IMG/VR virus record: IMGVR_UViG_3300020045_009368 | Location: 35,780-99,779 of that record | Source of the DNA: a virus | Direction: 5' to 3' (one strand) | DNA: 64,000 bases | Shown: piece after piece, positions 58,787 to 64,000 of the stretch | Layout of the letters: every line of letters starts with the position of its first letter | Position numbering within the stretch: the stretch's first letter is position 1 | Program-made: the position numbers and the translations under genes | Notes under the pieces: generated by a model | Database searches by the model: none | What the model was told of the DNA's origin: nothing | What the model saw: only the letters and a program-made list of their open reading frames with translations

Positions 58787-59275
58787 ATGTTAAAAATTAT
58801 ATCAGGTGGTCAAACTGGAATTGATAGAATGGCTTTAGAATTAGCTAAGAAGTTATATGTTAAAACTGGTGGATATGCGCCTAAAGATTATATGACAGAA
58901 TATGGTCCTGATTCATCATTAAAAGAATTTGGTTTAATTGAAACAGAAACTTCAAATTATAGTTACAGAACTAAATGTAATATTAAATTAGCAAGTGGTA
59001 CTATATTATTTGGAAATACAGAAAGTAATGGTAGTAAATTATTAATTAGATATTGTAAAAGTCATTTTTATCCATTTATTATAAATCCAACTGTTGAAGA
59101 AATTGTTAACTATATTAAAGATTTATCACAATTAACATTAGATGGTTCTGTAATATTAAATATTGCAGGAAATAGACATAGTAAAATATCTTATGAAGAT
59201 TTAGATAAATACGAAGAAACTCTTAAATGGGGTTTAATTAAATCTGGTAAAAAAATTTCAACAGCAGATGAATAA
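58787..59275 (+). CDS. SLOG-superfamily (molybdenum-carrier-like) nucleotide-binding protein
   Basis: IISGGQTGIDRMAL, GGYAPK, RT..N, LNIAGNR. Confidence 0.8.
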   Translation: MLKIISGGQTGIDRMALELAKKLYVKTGGYAPKDYMTEYGPDSSLKEFGLIETETSNYSYRTKCNIKLASGTILFGNTESNGSKLLIRYCKSHFYPFIINPTVEEIVNYIKDLSQLTLDGSVILNIAGNRHSKISYEDLDKYEETLKWGLIKSGKKISTADE

Positions 59276-60485
59276 TGAATTAAAAAATAAAGTTCAACAA
59301 GAAGCATTACAATTATGGGTTAAAAATGGTAAAAAAGGAACTTGTAATATTATTACAGGTCTTGGTAAAACATTTTTAGGACTACATGCTTTATATACAA
59401 TGCCAAAAAATGATGGTAAATTACATTTATTTTTAGCGGAACAAGTTGATAGACAAACTGATTTAATTAAAGATATTATAAAATATAATGAAATATTTAA
59501 AGTAAATGTTTTAAATGATTATAATTTACAATTTCAATGTTATCAAACAGTTTGTAAATGGAAAGATAAAGAAATAGGTTTAACTATTGCTGATGAAATA
59601 CCTGATTCTTTAACTCCTGTTTATTCACAATTTTATTTTAATAATAAATCTGAAGCCATAATTGGTTTATCTGCTACTATTAATAAAAATATTCAATATG
59701 TAGATAAAGATGATAAAATGTATACTAAAGGTGATTTATTAGATAAAATAGCACCTATATGTTTTAAATACACAGTAAATCAAGGTCAATTAGAAGGTAC
59801 AAGTAGAAAACTTAATATTTATATTATTGACCATGAATTAGATTCAATTAATAAAACAGTTAAAGCTGGTAGTTTAAAAACTTCATTTTTTCAAACAGAA
59901 TTAAATGCTTATAAATATTGGGATACTCAATTTAAAAAATCATTATTTCTTGATGAAGATGAACCACATAGAGATTTAAAAATATTAATCGCTTCAAATA
60001 AAAGAAGAGATTTATTATATAAATTACCTTCTAAAATTGATGTAGTTAAAAAATTATTAGATAATATAAAAGGTAAATCTATTGTATTTGGTAATAGTAT
60101 TGATTCATTATTACAAATAACTAGAAATACTGTTTCATCTAGAAACACTCAAGAACAAAATAACGTTATTAGAGAGCACTTTGATAATAATAAGATAAAA
60201 GTTATAGGAAGTTTTAAAAAACTTCAACAAGGAGCTAATTTAGGCTTATTAGACAATGTTATATTACATTCTTATTATGGAGTTGAAGGAAAGTTTATTC
60301 AAATGTTTGGACGAGCTAGAATTAATGAAGATAAAATTGGAAATGTATTTATATTAGCTACTAAAGATACACAAGAATTAGTTTGGTTAAACAAAGCAAT
60401 TGAAAATTTTACAGAATATAATATTATATATTGTGATAATTTAGAAAATTGTTTAAATAAATATAAAGAAAATGAAAAAAATTAA
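59268..60485 (+). CDS. Superfamily 2 helicase
   Basis: TGLGKT, IADEIP, GLSAT, QMFGRAR. Confidence 0.85.
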   Translation: MNNELKNKVQQEALQLWVKNGKKGTCNIITGLGKTFLGLHALYTMPKNDGKLHLFLAEQVDRQTDLIKDIIKYNEIFKVNVLNDYNLQFQCYQTVCKWKDKEIGLTIADEIPDSLTPVYSQFYFNNKSEAIIGLSATINKNIQYVDKDDKMYTKGDLLDKIAPICFKYTVNQGQLEGTSRKLNIYIIDHELDSINKTVKAGSLKTSFFQTELNAYKYWDTQFKKSLFLDEDEPHRDLKILIASNKRRDLLYKLPSKIDVVKKLLDNIKGKSIVFGNSIDSLLQITRNTVSSRNTQEQNNVIREHFDNNKIKVIGSFKKLQQGANLGLLDNVILHSYYGVEGKFIQMFGRARINEDKIGNVFILATKDTQELVWLNKAIENFTEYNIIYCDNLENCLNKYKENEKN

Positions 60486-60622
60486 AGATGTAAAAAATAG
60501 TAAATTGTTTTGGATAATAAGTGGTTTTACTAATATTTTAGATGGTTTAACAAAAATATTATCATTAGGTTTTTATCATAGTGATTTTTCATTAAAATAT
60601 TTAATAAAATACCGTAATAAAA

Positions 60623-60874
60623 ATGAGTAAAATACCAACAGCAGAAGAATTTTTAAAACAAGTAAGTCCTAATGATGAATTTGGTTTAAGAATAGATTTA
60701 GGAAATAGTAAAAAACATATTTATGAAATTATGTGTAGATTTGCTAAACTTCATGTAGAAGCAGCTTTGAAAGAAGCTAGTAATGTTTTGAGTGTTGATA
60801 ATGACGGTGATTATATAAATCATCCAACAAAAGAATTAATTATAAAATCTTATCCTTTAGAAAATATTAAATAA
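60623..60874 (+). CDS. Hypothetical phage protein
   Basis: PTAEEFL, FAKLHVEAALKEAS, YPLENIK. Confidence 0.7.
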   Translation: MSKIPTAEEFLKQVSPNDEFGLRIDLGNSKKHIYEIMCRFAKLHVEAALKEASNVLSVDNDGDYINHPTKELIIKSYPLENIK

Positions 60875-60875
60875 A

Positions 60876-61607
60876 ATGAATAGAATAAATTTTAAAGTTG
60901 AAAATTTTAAACCATTTAATCAATCAAAACCTAAAGTTAAGAAAATTAAAACAGTAGTTCAACAAGATTGTAATTATGATTGGCCTATAATGGAAACAAA
61001 AACAGTTGAACAACCAGGAATTAAACATGAAACTATTGAACTTAAAGTAGATAAAAAATGGAATGATTTTGGTTATGATGAATTTTATGATAGATTATTA
61101 ATGTATGGAACTGGTATTAGAGAACAAATTAAAGAACATAAAGAATATAAAACAATAGATTTACCTATTGAAAAAAAAATTGTTGAAAAACCTAAAATTG
61201 AAATAAAAGAAGAAGATATTATTGTTAGAGATATTAGTAATGATTCACGTAAATATACTGAATTTGGACATTCTTATTGGCATAATCATAGTGAATTTTC
61301 TTTATTAACAGATCAAGGAACAGCGTCAATAAAAATATCAGATAATGTTGGTGGTTGTGGTGTTCAACAATTATATAATTGGGTGAATAGTGCAAATAAT
61401 AACAATATTGAATTCTTATTAAAAAAGATTATAAATAGTTTAAAATATGGAGTTGGTTTAGTAATGTGTCAAGTTGGTCAAGATTATTTTAATACTTTAT
61501 TTGTAAAAGGATTAACTAATTGTGGTTTTACTTATATTTCATATATTAATTATGAACATGGAAAAAGTTACGAAGCTAGAATGTATATGTTAAAAATAGA
61601 AAAATAA
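60876..61607 (+). CDS. Protein with C-terminal family B (GNAT-like?) domain
   Basis: GGCGVQQLYNW ... GLVMCQV ... LTNCGF..YINYEHG. Confidence 0.55.
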   Translation: MNRINFKVENFKPFNQSKPKVKKIKTVVQQDCNYDWPIMETKTVEQPGIKHETIELKVDKKWNDFGYDEFYDRLLMYGTGIREQIKEHKEYKTIDLPIEKKIVEKPKIEIKEEDIIVRDISNDSRKYTEFGHSYWHNHSEFSLLTDQGTASIKISDNVGGCGVQQLYNWVNSANNNNIEFLLKKIINSLKYGVGLVMCQVGQDYFNTLFVKGLTNCGFTYISYINYEHGKSYEARMYMLKIEK

Positions 61608-62351
61608 ATGAAAAAAATTACAGAAATACAAAATAGAAAAAAATTAGGTGAAGGAAGAGATTATGGAATTGGATTTTCTATTTTGAAAAAAATTAAAAAA
61701 GATACATTTGAAACATACAATGCTTTTACAGCATGTAGAGATTATTTAAATGATTTTGCTTATGTTGAAAAAACTAAAAAAGAAATTGGTTTCATATATG
61801 GTTATAATCATAAATTATTAAATTGTTTTGATAAAAAACAAATTTTTTATATCGGTATAAAAACTTTAGATTATAATAAAGGTAAAAATAATCCTTGGAA
61901 TAAATTAGAAGAATGTAAAACAACTTTAATTACAAATTATAAAAACTTAGAAAAGTTTTTAAATGATTTAGAAGTTAAAATTGGATTATCTAAATTAACA
62001 CAAATTACTTTAGATGAAGATACTTTAATAATTAAAGCACCTATTTATTGGACTAAATCAACAGCGTTAATGAGTGTTTATACTTTATTAATCAGGTGTT
62101 ATTTTAATATTACAGATGAACAAACAGTTAATTTTAGTTTTGAAGAAATATTAAATAAAAATGAAACATTTATAGTTGATGATAAATATATGATTACATA
62201 TTGTAAAGAATTTTATCAACAAATAATGAAAAATAAAAAATTATTTAATAGTATGGGTAAAACATTTAATAAAGAAATAAAGAAAGAATCATTATCTGGA
62301 ATAGTTCATAACTACGGTATTTCTGCATTTTTGACTGATTTAAAAACATAA
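61608..62351 (+). CDS. Hypothetical protein
   Basis: ACRDYLND, W.....MSVYTLLIR, HNYG. Confidence 0.7.
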   Translation: MKKITEIQNRKKLGEGRDYGIGFSILKKIKKDTFETYNAFTACRDYLNDFAYVEKTKKEIGFIYGYNHKLLNCFDKKQIFYIGIKTLDYNKGKNNPWNKLEECKTTLITNYKNLEKFLNDLEVKIGLSKLTQITLDEDTLIIKAPIYWTKSTALMSVYTLLIRCYFNITDEQTVNFSFEEILNKNETFIVDDKYMITYCKEFYQQIMKNKKLFNSMGKTFNKEIKKESLSGIVHNYGISAFLTDLKT

Positions 62352-62352
62352 T

Positions 62353-62637
62353 ATGAAAAAAACAATACAAATATTAGCTGATACTAATAGTTATGGTTAT
62401 AACATAACTAAAGCAGCAGAAGAATTAAATGAACTTGCTACTATTTTATTACAATATCATAATAAACCTGATAAAGTTAAAATAAAAGATATTACAGATG
62501 AAATAGGTGATGTTAAAATCAGACTCAAAATACTTAATAAACTTTTTGACTCAAAAGAAATTCAAGATAGAGTTGATTATAAAATTGATAAATTTAAAGG
62601 ATACCTTGAAAAAGGTGAATACATAGGTAAAATATAA
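62353..62637 (+). CDS. MazG-like NTP pyrophosphohydrolase
   Basis: EELNEL...DEIGDV. Confidence 0.75.
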   Translation: MKKTIQILADTNSYGYNITKAAEELNELATILLQYHNKPDKVKIKDITDEIGDVKIRLKILNKLFDSKEIQDRVDYKIDKFKGYLEKGEYIGKI

Positions 62638-63125
62638 TGAGTGTGATTAGATATTATAGTGATCCTCACTTTCATCATAGAAATATGGCAATTAGACGTG
62701 GTTTTAAAGATGAATTTGAAATGAATGAACATATTATATCAGAATGGAATAAAATTGTATCTAAAAGAGATGTAACTTATATTCTTGGAGATATAACAAT
62801 GGAAAAGGCTAATTATGAAATACTTAATAAACTTAACGGAATTAAAAAAGTTATATTAGGTAATCATGATGAACCTCAACATGTACTTCAATTATTACAA
62901 TATGTAAATAATGTAGCTTCTTGTAAGTATATTAAAGATAAACAATTTGGTAATATTATATTAAGTCACATCCCAGTACATAACCAAGAATTAGAATATA
63001 GATGGAAAATAAACATTCATGCTCATGTACATGAAAATACTTTACCAGATAAACGTTATATTAATGTATCTGCTGAAGTTATAGATTATAAACCTAAATT
63101 ATTAAGTGAATTAATAAATGTTTAA
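62637..63125 (+). CDS. Calcineurin-like metallophosphoesterase
   Basis: SDPHFHH, LGD, GNHD, SHIP, HAHVH. Confidence 0.9.
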   Translation: MSVIRYYSDPHFHHRNMAIRRGFKDEFEMNEHIISEWNKIVSKRDVTYILGDITMEKANYEILNKLNGIKKVILGNHDEPQHVLQLLQYVNNVASCKYIKDKQFGNIILSHIPVHNQELEYRWKINIHAHVHENTLPDKRYINVSAEVIDYKPKLLSELINV

Positions 63126-63230
63126 TAAAATATTAACAAAAACAGAATTTTACTTGTATTATAATGGTAAACTTATTTATAAAAAATGGTTAAATACTAA
63201 TACAAGTAAAATTTTTCAAGATTATAAAAT

Positions 63231-63566
63231 TTGGAAATGACAGAAAAAAGATTTGATGAAGTAGTAGATGTATTTCTAAATAGTATTAGAGAAACTTTAA
63301 TAGTTAAAGGTAAAGAATATAGAAGAAATAATAATCCATTTCATAATTTTGATATTGGTTCGCAACGTAGTGGATTAATACGTGAGAAAGTATTAGATGG
63401 ATTTTTATTAAAACATGAAATATCTATTGCAGATATTACTAATGATTTAGAAAAAGGTATATTACCTAAAATATCTACATTAGATGAGAAGTTTGGAGAT
63501 AATGTTATTTATCTTATTCTTAAAATGGCTTCTATAATTGATAAAATAGAAAGTAAAGATGAGTAG
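63231..63566 (+). CDS. All-alpha nucleotide-modification-associated / NTP-PPase-like protein
   Basis: KGKEY..FHNF...KH...EKFGDNVIY. Confidence 0.55.
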   Translation: MEMTEKRFDEVVDVFLNSIRETLIVKGKEYRRNNNPFHNFDIGSQRSGLIREKVLDGFLLKHEISIADITNDLEKGILPKISTLDEKFGDNVIYLILKMASIIDKIESKDE

Positions 63567-63774
63567 ATATATTTACGATGATAAAGAAATAAAATCAGGA
63601 AGAAGTACTAAATGGTGTGCTTGTTGTGATAAAACAATTAAACCTGGTGAATCAAGTATTACTATAACTTATTATGATTCTGAATTTTTTAATGATTCAG
63701 TTTGCTCTAAAAAGTGTAAAGATAAGTATTACGAAGATTTTGATAGTGACAAAGAGGAGGAAGAAAATGAGTAA
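63559..63774 (+). CDS. Small Zn-binding protein
   Basis: CACC...CSKKC. Confidence 0.6.
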   Translation: MSRYIYDDKEIKSGRSTKWCACCDKTIKPGESSITITYYDSEFFNDSVCSKKCKDKYYEDFDSDKEEEENE

Positions 63775-64000
63775 AAATACAGTAGAATTATTAGGATTTT
63801 ATGGAAGTGATGAAGTTGTAGCACAATCTGCTTGGACTAGTACTTCAAGAGATATTACTGATGCTAAAAGAGAAAGAATTCCTAATTTATTAGAAATGCT
63901 TTGGTCTAATAGACATGAAACACCTTTTGAAAAAGTTTCAGTACACTTTTTAGTTGATACTGATATAGCTAGTCATATTCATTTATTAAAGCATAGAATG
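63767..64000 (+). CDS. thyX: FAD-dependent thymidylate synthase (partial; runs off window)
   Basis: MSKNTVELLGFYGSDEVVAQSAWTS...HETPFEK...IASHIHLLKHR. Confidence 0.85.
   Translation, partial: MSKNTVELLGFYGSDEVVAQSAWTSTSRDITDAKRERIPNLLEMLWSNRHETPFEKVSVHFLVDTDIASHIHLLKHRM

Noticed and set aside
59590-59604. DEIP instead of DExH in the SF2 helicase as a novel feature
   Set aside because: One base (CCT vs CAT) from canonical; could be an error or tolerated variant and cannot be judged without reads.
17778-60148. Short antisense or out-of-frame ORFs (17778, 24878, 28700, 28750, 34740, 37774, 39427, 41841, 43099, 46875, 56638, 59927)
   Set aside because: Largely nested in better-supported genes, with no motifs or promoters.
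1-64000. Stop-codon reassignment (TAG/TGA), as in some crAss-like phages
   Set aside because: Conserved genes are full length in code 11, and TAG/TGA end genes at sensible overlaps (e.g. groEL).

Overview
This is 64 kb of a very AT-rich lytic phage genome with Crassvirales-like (crAss-like) organisation. The host is probably a Bacteroidota (Flavobacteriaceae-type) bacterium: TAnnTTTG promoters, A-rich leaders without Shine-Dalgarno, standard genetic code. (1) 1-15.8 kb, minus strand: packaging/morphogenesis block with portal, terminase, a GroEL plus GroES-like pair, HU/IHF-like, PhoH and ClpP-like genes and GIY-YIG homing endonucleases. (2) 16-30.7 kb, plus strand: early/accessory region of small ORFs whose intergenic spacers repeatedly hold structured elements closed by 8-20 bp inverted repeats, including several aberrant tRNA-like RNAs. 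(3) 30.7-64 kb, plus strand: replication and nucleotide metabolism (PolB, DnaB, AAA ATPase, SSB, primase, RusA-like, exonuclease, nrdB/nrdA, SF2 helicase, MazG-like, ThyX). Embedded in it is a ~10 kb gamma-glutamyl/amide-ligase cluster (2 GGCT, 2 class I glutamine amidotransferases, ATP-grasp, phiEco32-type COOH-NH2 ligase, class II GATase, amidoligase). One of its genes is split just before the catalytic Cys by a group I intron carrying an antisense HNH gene. The best candidates for an undescribed system are the array of inverted-repeat-closed intergenic RNAs/tRNA mimics and the expanded amidoligase pathway with its associated paralog families. Also notable: a stand-alone 22-aa Gly-rich micropeptide resembling a TPM-protein tail, and a promoter class with an AAAGCTATTA box at fixed spacing. 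All protein calls come from motif recognition by eye; no database searches were run.
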